Part shown: piece after piece, positions 51,635-60,276 of the stretch
Numbering within the stretch: the stretch's first letter is position 1
How the letters are laid out: every line of letters starts with the position of its first letter
NCBI GenBank assembly: GCA_963790825.1
Contig: CAWBPM010000003.1
Location: forward strand, 253,681 to 317,680
Origin: Candidatus Levyibacteriota bacterium
GTDB taxonomy: Bacteria > Patescibacteriota > Microgenomatia > Levybacterales > UBA12049
Length of the DNA stretch: 64,000 nucleotides
Direction of reading: 5' to 3'
Notes under the pieces: generated by a model
Told to the model about the DNA's origin: nothing
Database searches by the model: none
Seen by the model: the letters and a program-made list of their open reading frames with translations, nothing else
Translations under genes and position numbers: made by a program

Positions 51635-52540
51635 TTAATCCGGGTTCAGTGTATAGTTTTGAGTTCCCAAACCCAGTTTTTCAGCATAGGCAAATATATC
51701 AGATCCGGGGAAGGCAGTTCTGCCTTCACGTTTTGTAATCAAATCAAAACAGGCTTTATCAATTGCTACCGGGTCGAGAGATGCAAATATACCTAAATCC
51801 CTGTAAACTGGTTTCATCTCTTCTCCGTCGCAATCGCAGTTTTCCGTCATATTTATAGCAAATGTCAAATAAATATACTGCTTTTTATTAACCGCCGATA
51901 ATGCATATTCCGCCAATCTCTCCCGGAAAACGTCACCATGATATTGCTTCTCCCAATCCGACCAGTCAATCGTCTTTTGACCGGGTGTGTAATTTTTACA
52001 ATGAACTTCCATTTTCCCCTGTCCCGAGGCAAACCCAATCCCCAACATTTTCAGTGCAGAACCGAATCCGCCGTCTATATGTCCTTTAAAATGACTAAAC
52101 ACGATCACCTGCGATTTATTCGCCAGTTCACTGGCAATACGACAGGCTTTAAAATATTTTCCCTTGCTAATTGGTATCAGTTTATGATCATCTCCGTTTT
52201 CCCCGTCCGCTATGACGACAGGCAGAGTGGTAAATCCGTGAAGTCTTGCAACTTTTAAGTGACTTTCCCGCCTGGAGCGCACACCGGTCGCGCTATTTGT
52301 CTCAATAAAAAACGGTTTCAGCCCTTTTGCGACCATATACCCGATTAGGTCCTGATAGATAACAGGTTTAATAAATGTTACATTCCCGGGTTCGCCGGTA
52401 TGAATCTTCAGGGGAAGGTCGTGTTCTAAAATAATATTATTCTCTTCAACGATTGCCGCAAATAACTTTTTAGCAATTTTAGCAATGTCTCTTGTGTTTT
52501 CGTCGGTTATGGGATAATAATATACCTTTGCTTTTTTCAT
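51635..52540 (-). CDS. DUF362-family (Fe-S-associated) protein
   Basis: KIHTGE.GN, SHFKGH..GGFG.ALK..G.G.AS..GK, CDC and ASLDPVAID motifs. Confidence 0.8.
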   Translation of the reverse strand: MKKAKVYYYPITDENTRDIAKIAKKLFAAIVEENNIILEHDLPLKIHTGEPGNVTFIKPVIYQDLIGYMVAKGLKPFFIETNSATGVRSRRESHLKVARLHGFTTLPVVIADGENGDDHKLIPISKGKYFKACRIASELANKSQVIVFSHFKGHIDGGFGSALKMLGIGFASGQGKMEVHCKNYTPGQKTIDWSDWEKQYHGDVFRERLAEYALSAVNKKQYIYLTFAINMTENCDCDGEEMKPVYRDLGIFASLDPVAIDKACFDLITKREGRTAFPGSDIFAYAEKLGLGTQNYTLNPD

Positions 52541-52710
52541 ATAATTAAACGCGGTGCTAATGATTATATAATAATAAACATAAACCCGTCCATCTTTGTT
52601 TTAAAAGCCGGGAAACATAAAATATAGTTAGAAAATATTTTATCTGTGTCAAGCCTTTTTTATAACTGTTGACAAGGAGTAACTCGACTGTTACACTTAC
52701 TTTTATTGTT

Positions 52711-53400
52711 ATGCGAACGGAGCGTCAACTCAATCTAATCAGGCAATCCGCAGAAGGAAGTAAAATACGAAATCCGAAGCCCGTTATCCATACGTTCTTT
52801 CCTGTAGAACAATCCGACGCCGAAAAAGCCATTGCTAAAGTGTATACGGCGGAAGTGATGAGTGATAACGAGACCAAACAACACCTCTTCGATTGTATGC
52901 GACAGGAAAATCCTGTGCTTAGCAGACAGATAGTATTTTCTTTCCGGGATTTTAGCGTGACCGATCCGGAATTTTCGACATACTACCTCATCGGTGCACT
53001 CGGAGGATACCACACGCTGCGTGAATCGGCTAAGAGACAAAACGGAAGATTGCCGAAGGTTAAACATTCTATGATAGAAGGAACGAGAACAGAGCAGATA
53101 GGTGGAGAAGATGCCCTTCGCGAAATAGAAGAAGCCGTTAATCAATTGGGCATAGTGGAAAAGAATACGCCGGTTGTTGTCTATTCCGCAGAGCTGGACC
53201 GGCGCCGTGAAGCTTTTTACGAAAACGAACAGGGAATATCACAGGCGATAGAGAAGGTTTTAGGAGTTCCGGAAGATAACGGAGACAGCGAAGATGACGG
53301 AGAAGAGCAAGCTCTTACTGCGTTTCGAGAAGGAGTACTTGCTGTCGCATCGGTTTTCCAAAGATATCAGGAAGTGCATGCTCTGGAAAAATTCTATTAA
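52711..53400 (+). CDS. Hypothetical protein
   Basis: ORF behind TTGACA-17-TACACT; likely start ATG 52711. Confidence 0.65.
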   Translation: MRTERQLNLIRQSAEGSKIRNPKPVIHTFFPVEQSDAEKAIAKVYTAEVMSDNETKQHLFDCMRQENPVLSRQIVFSFRDFSVTDPEFSTYYLIGALGGYHTLRESAKRQNGRLPKVKHSMIEGTRTEQIGGEDALREIEEAVNQLGIVEKNTPVVVYSAELDRRREAFYENEQGISQAIEKVLGVPEDNGDSEDDGEEQALTAFREGVLAVASVFQRYQEVHALEKFY

Positions 53401-53416
53401 CCCTAATCCCGCTCCA

Positions 53417-53444
53417 AAGCCAATTTCTTTTCAGAAATTGGCTT
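53417..53444. terminator. Hairpin between convergent genes, probable terminator
   Basis: AAGCCAATTTCT-TTTC-AGAAATTGGCTT. Confidence 0.7.
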
Positions 53445-53480
53445 CAAATAGATTTGTTAAGAGAATAAATAAAATAATCT

Positions 53481-53756
53481 TTATCCCTTAATAATATTGA
53501 GTACTTCATGTATCTCAGGTTGTCCGGGATCAATATTATATTTATGCATGATAGGCATCAGGGTTTCCCCGAACTTATTAAATAAGTCCTGAGACTGCCA
53601 AACATCTATCACGGTAAAACCCTCCTGCGTAGTAAACCCCATGTGGTACTGACGCCCTTCGGGCATTCCTGCTCCGGCACTTTCGAGTTCTTTAATAGAC
53701 TGGTTGTAATTGGTCGGATTCATCCCTTTCAGGCGGAAAATCATTACAAGTGACAT
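53481..53756 (-). CDS. Small dimeric alpha/beta-barrel (ABM-like) protein
   Basis: PEG...H...G..VIDVWQS...F..F pattern; strong AGGAGGT SD. Confidence 0.65.
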   Translation of the reverse strand: MSLVMIFRLKGMNPTNYNQSIKELESAGAGMPEGRQYHMGFTTQEGFTVIDVWQSQDLFNKFGETLMPIMHKYNIDPGQPEIHEVLNIIKG

Positions 53757-53796
53757 TGGTTAATCACCTCCTTTCTTATTTTAAGTATCTAAGTAC

Positions 53797-53882
53797 ACTT
53801 ACGCACTTGTTGTCATCCTGAGGATAAATGCCGGAGGATCTAGATTCTTCGCTACGCTCAGAATGACAATTTTTGCGTAAGT
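53797..53882. mobile_element. MITE/REP-like palindromic element
   Basis: Terminal IR ACTTACGCA/TGCGTAAGT, inner IR TTGTCATCCTGAG/CTCAGAATGACAA, and flanking TAAGTATCT direct repeats (53782-53790 and 53887-53895). Confidence 0.65.
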
Positions 53883-54061
53883 CGTATAAGTATCTTTTAA
53901 AACTAAGAGATATACATTATAGATGTGTAAGAAATAGGGATGTAAATCCGGACTGCGTTTTTACTTCGAGGAATTGAAAATCGAAGATTCCAAATAAACC
54001 AATGCCTGCCTTTCCAACTTGTCCCTCGTAGCTTTAGCGGCGGAGCAAGGAGGGTCCAGAA

Positions 54062-54144
54062 TCCGCAATTCAACAATCTAACACTTTATAAATTGCACAT
54101 TATACATTTTTCATTTTTCTTAATACCTAATTGACAATGCTTTA
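54062..54144 (+). repeat. Copy A of an approximately 85-bp direct repeat ending in TTGACA
   Basis: 54098-54137 is identical (40 bp) to 59569-59608; the flanks are also similar. Confidence 0.85.
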
Positions 54145-54150
54145 GTCTGC

Positions 54151-54519
54151 GTGGCATCATTTAATTATATGAAGGTTATCAATTTTATCACGGGGTTTAT
54201 TATCGTTATGCTTCCGGTGTTTTGGGTAAGTATTGCACTCGTTGGATCGATCGGACTACTTATACTTCGGGGCAATACATTTCTTCTGTCCATTATTACT
54301 TTTGCGATTGCACTCATTTTTACTGTTATCTTGTCAACAATTCTCGGGATGGCACTCGGTAATTCATTGGTCAAAGGTGGTGGCAATGCTCTCGTAGCCA
54401 GAATTCTCGCTCTTGTCATTGTGGTCGGTATATTCTGTTTTATCTTCTTTTTTGCTGTGCATTTATCAGTGGCGAGCCAAGCTCTGCCGACTACTTCGCT
54501 GCTAAATCCGGGCAAATGA
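54151..54519 (+). CDS. Small membrane protein
   Basis: Three hydrophobic helices. Confidence 0.6.
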   Translation: MASFNYMKVINFITGFIIVMLPVFWVSIALVGSIGLLILRGNTFLLSIITFAIALIFTVILSTILGMALGNSLVKGGGNALVARILALVIVVGIFCFIFFFAVHLSVASQALPTTSLLNPGK

Positions 54520-54597
54520 GTTTGTCGCTGAGCAGAATTTCTTGTCAAATCCACATCGTCATCATCTTTGTCATTGCAAGGATGACCACTTTAGTAG

Positions 54598-54663
54598 ACA
54601 GACCAAAGAGAAATTAAAACTGCCGAAACAAGGCTTCAAGAATATGACTCAAAGAAAAAATAG
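54598..54663 (+). pseudogene. C-terminal remnant of a HigB/Gp49-like toxin
   Basis: TDQREIKTAETRLQEYDSKKK* resembles the KTPxxEIxxAxxR end of RelE/HigB-type toxins and sits directly before an XRE antitoxin. Confidence 0.45.
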
Positions 54664-54728
54664 GAAGATATTGACAAATATCGCAAAATTGCTATAATAT
54701 AGTGGAATTTAATAGGAAGGGTATCTAT

Positions 54729-55001
54729 ATGGACTGGAGTACACATAAAAAACAATTATTAAAAGATCCGAAAGTAAGACAAGCCTTAAAAGAGACTGAA
54801 TTAGAATATCAGGTAGCTCGTGCTGTAATTGAAGCGAGAATTAATAAGGGATTAACTCAACAAGATTTAGCACAAAAACTCAATACAACTCAATCTGTTA
54901 TTTCTCGTGTAGAAAATGCGAAAACTACACCTACACTTGGTTTTCTTAAAAGGTTAGCGACTGCACTGAATGCATCTCTACAAGTTCAGTTTAAAGCTTA
55001 A
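54729..55001 (+). CDS. XRE-family HTH protein (HigA-like antitoxin)
   Basis: ARINKGLTQQDLAQKLNTTQSVISRVE; promoter TTGACA-16-TATAAT at 54671-54698. Confidence 0.85.
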   Translation: MDWSTHKKQLLKDPKVRQALKETELEYQVARAVIEARINKGLTQQDLAQKLNTTQSVISRVENAKTTPTLGFLKRLATALNASLQVQFKA

Positions 55002-55300
55002 CCTACTCTCCGCAATTTTATCTTTAATTGTCTGCTCAGATAAATAATCTGAATTACTCAAGTATTAGGTGTAGAAAGCCGGTCATATCGGCGGGAAAGG
55101 AAGAAGAAAATAATACCGGCTGCCCCGAAACCTTTTTAGGATCCATATCCCCTTCTCTATTTAGGACATGCAGATTGTCTACCTGGCTGGAAATGGCTTT
55201 GTTTAAGATCGAGCCAAGCTGCAGAAAGTCCTCATTCGTGCGTGATATTCGTTAATTTGGGTACTTGACAACTCCTGTTATTAGGTATAATAATGGGAGT

Positions 55301-56440
55301 ATGGATCCCAATATTAAGTATATTAAGCGTGATTTGGAAGCTACTCTCCATACTTACCTTAACAAAGGTAAGGTTATTGTGTTATATGGAGCTCGACAAG
55401 TTGGGAAAACAACTCTTACTCAAAATCTTTTCAATGATAAAAATAACGTATTATATCTCTCATGTGACCAATCCCGTATTCAAGAACAGATAGTCCCTGA
55501 TGCATTAGCGCTTAGTAGGGTAATTACTGATTATAAAAATGTTATTTTCGATGAAGCGCAATATCTTAGTGACCCTGGATTAATTTTAAAAATCTTTACA
55601 GACAATTTTCCGGATAAAAATGTAATTGCTTCGGGATCATCCTCATTCGATCTTGCTCATAAATTAACGGAGCCATTAACAGGACGGCACTATAAATTTT
55701 TACTTTTCCCATTAGTACTATCTGAAATGGCACATTCAGTATCTCCGATAGATATAAAGTTCCAACTTGAACAAGCTCTTATTTATGGAACTTATCCTGA
55801 AGTTTTTAAACAAAAAACTAATGAGGACAAAATATTAATTTTACAAACATTAACTGACGCTTATCTCTATAAAGATATACTGACTTTTAATCTTGTAAAA
55901 AACAGTCAAAAAGTAAAAGAACTATTGATTGCGCTTGCACTACAAGTCGGTAACGAAGTTTCTTATTCTGAACTTGCTAATACTGTAGGCATTGATAGAA
56001 AAACCATTGAATATTACATCGACCTGTTGGAAAAATCCTTTGTGATTTTCAGATTGTTCGGATTTAGTCGAAACTTAAGAAGCGAGATAAACAGAAAAGT
56101 TAAAATATATTTCTACGATACAGGTGTTAGAAATACGCTCATTAATAATTTTAATGACTTGACACTTCGTAATGACGGCGGTGCAATATTTGAAAATTTT
56201 GCCGTAGCAGAAATGGTTAAAAAAGAAGCAAATAAACCACAGAAAGCAAACTTTTATTTTTGGAGAACATATGAACAGAAAGAGATCGACTTAATATCTG
56301 AAAAAAACGGGGTTATTACTGCATATGAAATGAAACTACATAAACCTAAGAAGATAAACAGCTTTACATCATTTCAAGAATTATATCCGGGAAGCAAATT
56401 GAACATTATCACGCTTGATAAACTTCTCGAAGAGATATAA
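55301..56440 (+). CDS. AAA_14 + DUF4143 ATPase
   Basis: GARQVGKT, FDEAQ, SGSSS, LTGR, KIYFYDTG, FENF, EIDL and EMK motifs. Confidence 0.88.
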   Translation: MDPNIKYIKRDLEATLHTYLNKGKVIVLYGARQVGKTTLTQNLFNDKNNVLYLSCDQSRIQEQIVPDALALSRVITDYKNVIFDEAQYLSDPGLILKIFTDNFPDKNVIASGSSSFDLAHKLTEPLTGRHYKFLLFPLVLSEMAHSVSPIDIKFQLEQALIYGTYPEVFKQKTNEDKILILQTLTDAYLYKDILTFNLVKNSQKVKELLIALALQVGNEVSYSELANTVGIDRKTIEYYIDLLEKSFVIFRLFGFSRNLRSEINRKVKIYFYDTGVRNTLINNFNDLTLRNDGGAIFENFAVAEMVKKEANKPQKANFYFWRTYEQKEIDLISEKNGVITAYEMKLHKPKKINSFTSFQELYPGSKLNIITLDKLLEEI

Positions 56441-56747
56441 TTCTTTTTTTTTGTTTGGGGGTGCACTACTCTCTTAAGTTACTACTCATGCCTACTCCTC
56501 CCCGTTTGGGACTACGCGAATTTCCTATTTTGGATATTTACCGCTTCCACGTGTTCAACTACTGATTGAGAATAAAGAATGTTTGATCCTTGCTTAGAGA
56601 AACCAAAGAGGTTCCCGGTAGATCTAAGAAAAAGTAAAAAACAGTGTTTTATTGACAAACCTACGCCCAAATGATTACGATTAAAAATCCTTTCGCAGCC
56701 CAAAAATACGTCGCCAATTCCAAATAACCCCGATAAGAAATCTGTAA

Positions 56748-57500
56748 TTACTCTTTTGTAGCATTTAAGCTTTTTTCTGAAAGTAAAAATGTATAAATTA
56801 TTTCAATTTCTTCTGGAATAAGAGTGGCATTTGGTTTATGAAGAATAAGCCAATTATGAAATTTATGTTCTCCGATCCAAATTCCCGGTTCTATTTCTCC
56901 TTTAATGGTATTTTTATCTATATTTCCATTAACAAATTCCAGCACACTTGTTACGTTATACAGTTTATTGAATTGTTGTTGTAAATTAGTACTTAACCAA
57001 TTTTTCTCCGCCCAAGTTTGCTTAATATAATCTTTTTCTGGAAGTCTATTGTTAATAAAAAGCTGTCCATTTCTGAAACTTATGATGCCTCTATGCGCTT
57101 TTACTTCAATTGTGAAAATTCCCGTCGGTCCGATAATTATATTATCTATGTTTCCTCTACCTGTACTAAAATCGTTAATCCATTTATATCCCGTAGGTAA
57201 TTCTTCAAGAGATTTATCTACTTTCCATTCTGCTCCGGCGCCTTTTCCCCAGGTTTGATAATTCCTCTTTATATCTCGCCAATTTTGTTTATCCCATCGT
57301 TTTATAATATTAAAGATTATGTATACAATTATTGAAGCAATAATAACACCCGTAGATGTATAAGCAACATCTTGCGCCATCTTGAGATACATAAATGCCA
57401 CAAATAATGCAAAAACTCCGAGAATTATTCCAATCCAGCGGAAAATCTTTTTGTTCTTAATATATGTTTTGTATGTATATGAATCTTTATTATCAGCCAT
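56748..57500 (-). CDS. Membrane-anchored NERD-domain nuclease-like protein
   Basis: Two TM helices, then G..AE..V, NIDNIIIGPTGIFTIEVK and a downstream Q. Confidence 0.8.
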   Translation of the reverse strand: MADNKDSYTYKTYIKNKKIFRWIGIILGVFALFVAFMYLKMAQDVAYTSTGVIIASIIVYIIFNIIKRWDKQNWRDIKRNYQTWGKGAGAEWKVDKSLEELPTGYKWINDFSTGRGNIDNIIIGPTGIFTIEVKAHRGIISFRNGQLFINNRLPEKDYIKQTWAEKNWLSTNLQQQFNKLYNVTSVLEFVNGNIDKNTIKGEIEPGIWIGEHKFHNWLILHKPNATLIPEEIEIIYTFLLSEKSLNATKE

Positions 57501-57638
57501 GAACAATAGTATTTCTACTTAACCTGTGCACCTTCATTATTCCGCCCATCGAAGAGCTTTGTCAAACAGAAAGAGGTTGTCTTGGGAATGCGGGATATCG
57601 CATTCGTCTTTTGTATCTAGCTTCATCACAAAGAAAAC

Positions 57639-58070
57639 TTAAGGTAAATATAATTTGACGAACTTCTTCTGTTCGTTAACTTCAATTAGGGGAAATTTAT
57701 CCATAAATCCCTCTCTCCCTAGGATAGGCATATTTTGATCAAATGAGAAATCTATTTCTGTTACAAAATTAATTCCTCCAACAAATAGTTTTACTGTATG
57801 TGTATATGCATCTATTGGTTTGCTTACTCCTATTCCTCCAATTTTTTTATTTATACCTTTTTTCACATCGATTCCTAAATTAGCTGCTATAATTGCAGGA
57901 AATAAATTCCTATCCGATCCTGTATCAAATAATGCTTCGATTTTATGCAAGAACATCTTATGGTTCATCGATAGCATCAATGGTATTCTTGGACGAAGCA
58001 CAGTTACCTGCTTACCGGTAACGTTGTTTATATTGGCATCAGGAACATAATAAAATGTCACATTTTTCAT
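57639..58070 (-). CDS. Retropepsin-like (clan AA) aspartic protease
   Basis: ALFDTGSD catalytic motif, GGIG flap and ILGR motif. Confidence 0.85.
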   Translation of the reverse strand: MKNVTFYYVPDANINNVTGKQVTVLRPRIPLMLSMNHKMFLHKIEALFDTGSDRNLFPAIIAANLGIDVKKGINKKIGGIGVSKPIDAYTHTVKLFVGGINFVTEIDFSFDQNMPILGREGFMDKFPLIEVNEQKKFVKLYLP

Positions 58071-58243
58071 TATGGAGACAAATATTGATTTGCAGGAGGA
58101 AGGAATGAAATAGTTAAACCCTTTTCATTTTTAATTAGCTTCAATAACTCATCTAATTTTTTAGCAGACTTAACGATTTTTTTTCTATCTTCAGTAAAAG
58201 CCACCCATTTATTTTGATATTTAATTAATTGTTTTATATCCAT
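58070..58243 (-). CDS. DUF5678-like small protein, partner of the aspartic protease
   Basis: MDIKQLIKYQNKWVAF...IVKSAKKLDEL; own promoter TTGCAA-16-TATAAT 6 nt upstream; TAATG overlap with the protease gene. Confidence 0.7.
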   Translation of the reverse strand: MDIKQLIKYQNKWVAFTEDRKKIVKSAKKLDELLKLIKNEKGLTISFLPPANQYLSP

Positions 58244-59338
58244 ACTTACATTATAATCACCATTAATAAAATTGCAAGTTGATGTAGAGGTTACGGAGTT
58301 ATTAGACATACCTCCTTGTTGTTGCAGATATCCCAGTGGAGTTTTAAGTCCCAAGGATTTATGTACCCGCTTTGTATTGTAGAATAGCAGATATTCAATG
58401 AGTTTTGAAGAGAAGAGTTTCGGGTCATGGAATAAATGAAGATTTTCATCAATGAATTCTTCCTGAATTGTTCTGTTGAATCGCTCAATAGTTCCATTGA
58501 TCTTGCAGCATCTTGGATAGATAAATACCTGATGGATATGTTGTTGTTTCAAGTATGCTTCAAAATCCCCCAGAAACTCCAGTCCATTGTCTGTTTGTAT
58601 GGTGGTAATTTGAATGGGATAAACAAACTGCAGTTTCTTGAAGAAGTCTACAGTTACACCGCTCGTCAGTTTTGTATAAGGCAGGCTAAATGCAAACCTT
58701 AACTTCACATCAATTGCTGTTAAAAAGAATACTCTTACTCCATCAACAAATTTAATCACTGTATCCATTTCCATATAGCCAAAGCTTTCCGGTCTGGGTG
58801 GTCTTTTAATCCTGTCTCGCTTCTTTCGTTTGGCCTGGGCAAACTTATGGGAGGGATTATGATAGATCTTGCCACTCTTTTGAAAAAAGTAATTGTTACG
58901 CTTGATGACTTTCCCAATGGTTGATTCCTGAATAATAGGCAGGTCTTCCTTTAGACAGTACTCATCGAGCAATGGTTTAATTTTCTCTTTCCCCAGTCTC
59001 ACATGCTCTTCTCTTAAGAGCTTGATATATGCAACTACTTTAGGATGGGTTTCCATGACTCTTTTTGTTTTCGGAGTTGTTGGAGTGGGAATAAGTGAAG
59101 AAATGGAATTCCTACTCATCCGTAATCGTTTCTTCCATACAAAGATAGTGTTTCTTCCAACACCAAATGCTTTCTTAGTAGTTTTCTCTCCATACTCATC
59201 ATAAAACTCTATTATCTTTAGTCTCTCTTTAGCTACTTCATCTTTAGAGAATCTTTTTAGACTCCTCAGCATTGTTTTCACCTCCTCAATGCCTTTGATT
59301 CTACTAAAGATTGGATATGCTTTTGCGTAATGATCCAT
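58070..59338 (-). CDS. DDE (rve integrase-core) transposase; ORF reads through the IS end into the DUF5678-like gene
   Basis: N-terminal HTH, MDT, IQTDNGLEF, NGTIERFNRTIQEEF and YN..R.H.SL...TP motifs. Confidence 0.9.
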   Translation of the reverse strand: MDHYAKAYPIFSRIKGIEEVKTMLRSLKRFSKDEVAKERLKIIEFYDEYGEKTTKKAFGVGRNTIFVWKKRLRMSRNSISSLIPTPTTPKTKRVMETHPKVVAYIKLLREEHVRLGKEKIKPLLDEYCLKEDLPIIQESTIGKVIKRNNYFFQKSGKIYHNPSHKFAQAKRKKRDRIKRPPRPESFGYMEMDTVIKFVDGVRVFFLTAIDVKLRFAFSLPYTKLTSGVTVDFFKKLQFVYPIQITTIQTDNGLEFLGDFEAYLKQQHIHQVFIYPRCCKINGTIERFNRTIQEEFIDENLHLFHDPKLFSSKLIEYLLFYNTKRVHKSLGLKTPLGYLQQQGGMSNNSVTSTSTCNFINGDYNVSMDIKQLIKYQNKWVAFTEDRKKIVKSAKKLDELLKLIKNEKGLTISFLPPANQYLSP

Positions 59339-59375
59339 AGTTACGAATTGTCTAATATGTTTCGTAACTTATACA
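58283..59375 (-). mobile_element. IS481-like insertion sequence, 1093 bp
   Basis: Imperfect IRs TGTATAAGTTACGAAACATATTAGACA and TGTAGAGGTTACGGAGTTATTAGACA; 5-bp target duplication GTTGA at 58278-58282 and 59376-59380. Confidence 0.9.
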
Positions 59376-59525
59376 GTTGAACTGTTTACGTCGTACAACA
59401 CGTTATCAGAATTAGTACCGCACTGGGACGCCGGCGTGGTAGGAGCAGATGCTGCTGTGATTTTGCGGCGGTTACAAAAAGAAAAAGTTGTCCGGTCTAG
59501 CTCTTAACTTTTATCTCCCCACACC

Positions 59526-59616
59526 TCCGCAATTTAATAATCCAGCAATTTATAAATTGTACATTCTGCATTATACATTTTTCATTTTTCTTAATACCTA
59601 ATTGACAAAGCCTTTA
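59526..59616 (+). repeat. Copy B of the direct repeat; supplies the -35 box of the riboswitch promoter
   Basis: Matches 54062-54144; TTGACA(59602)-17-TTTAAT(59625). Confidence 0.85.
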
Positions 59617-59642
59617 AAAAGTTATTTAATAGGCTTAACAAT

Positions 59643-59742
59643 TAATCAAGAGCGGTGGCGAGAGTTCTGGCTCAGTGACCCACCCGGCAACCGGTAATTA
59701 TTAAGCGGTGCCAAACCCAGCCCTTGGAAAGGGACGGATTTG
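59643..59742 (+). ncRNA. SAM-I (S-box) family riboswitch aptamer
   Basis: AATCAAGAG...GAGAG..CTGGCTC..TGA..C.CGGCAACC...GGTGCCAAA.CCAG...GATT, giving P1 AATC/GATT, pseudoknot CTGG/CCAG and the P3 GCAACC/GGTGC core. Confidence 0.85.
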
Positions 59743-59778
59743 ACCAAGAAAATTTGGTAAACAATTTTTTTGTATTAT

Positions 59779-59803
59779 ACCTCTCTTTCAGGAGAGGTTT
59801 TTT
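59779..59803 (+). terminator. Riboswitch expression-platform terminator
   Basis: ACCTCTC-TTTCAG-GAGAGGT followed by a T-run, just before SD AAGGAGGT. Confidence 0.8.
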
Positions 59804-59821
59804 GTTGGAAAGGAGGTGGGT

Positions 59822-60238
59822 ATGATAAGTATCGATAAAGATTCTTTGTTTGTTTTTTTGCCAACCCGTTTAGAGATAAAAGAAAGACCTGAGCTTAATG
59901 TTTTCCCTTTTAATGTATTTGTTTCATCTCACGGATTAAATGAGGAAGGAAAAATGGTTGTGTGTTCAGTCTTTTACGATCCCGACTTATCTACTTATAA
60001 AGATAACGGTGATATTAAAAGTTTAAGTTATAAAAATATTTTCAATCAGGACTATAAACTTATTATTTCTTTTAATGCCGTTAAGAATACTTACAGTTGC
60101 GCTAAATACAATAAGGATAAAATTGTAGGCTGTGCTGACGGGGAGAATGATTGGAAACGATTTTTTCTACATGTCGGGTTACTGGGTTTTGCAAAAGGAG
60201 AAACCTATTTGTTTGATGAAATTAAACAAACAAACTAA
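59822..60238 (+). CDS. Unknown protein, SAM-riboswitch-controlled paralogue 1
   Basis: SD AAGGAGGT; shares RPELNVF..NVFV, Y.PDL.TYK..GDI..LSY and WK.FF.HVG.LG.A.GET with the next ORF. Confidence 0.8.
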   Translation: MISIDKDSLFVFLPTRLEIKERPELNVFPFNVFVSSHGLNEEGKMVVCSVFYDPDLSTYKDNGDIKSLSYKNIFNQDYKLIISFNAVKNTYSCAKYNKDKIVGCADGENDWKRFFLHVGLLGFAKGETYLFDEIKQTN

Positions 60239-60276
60239 AGGTCTTAAATCTTTAAGGTGGAGGGGGATGAAATATT

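Noticed and set aside
53990-54070. Possible tRNA at the island boundary
   Set aside because: No T-loop GTTCRA or cloverleaf found; only a short GC-rich degenerate palindrome.
55028-55255. 75-aa plus-strand ORF and an open minus-strand frame
   Set aside because: No recognisable motif or convincing start; probably a gene remnant.
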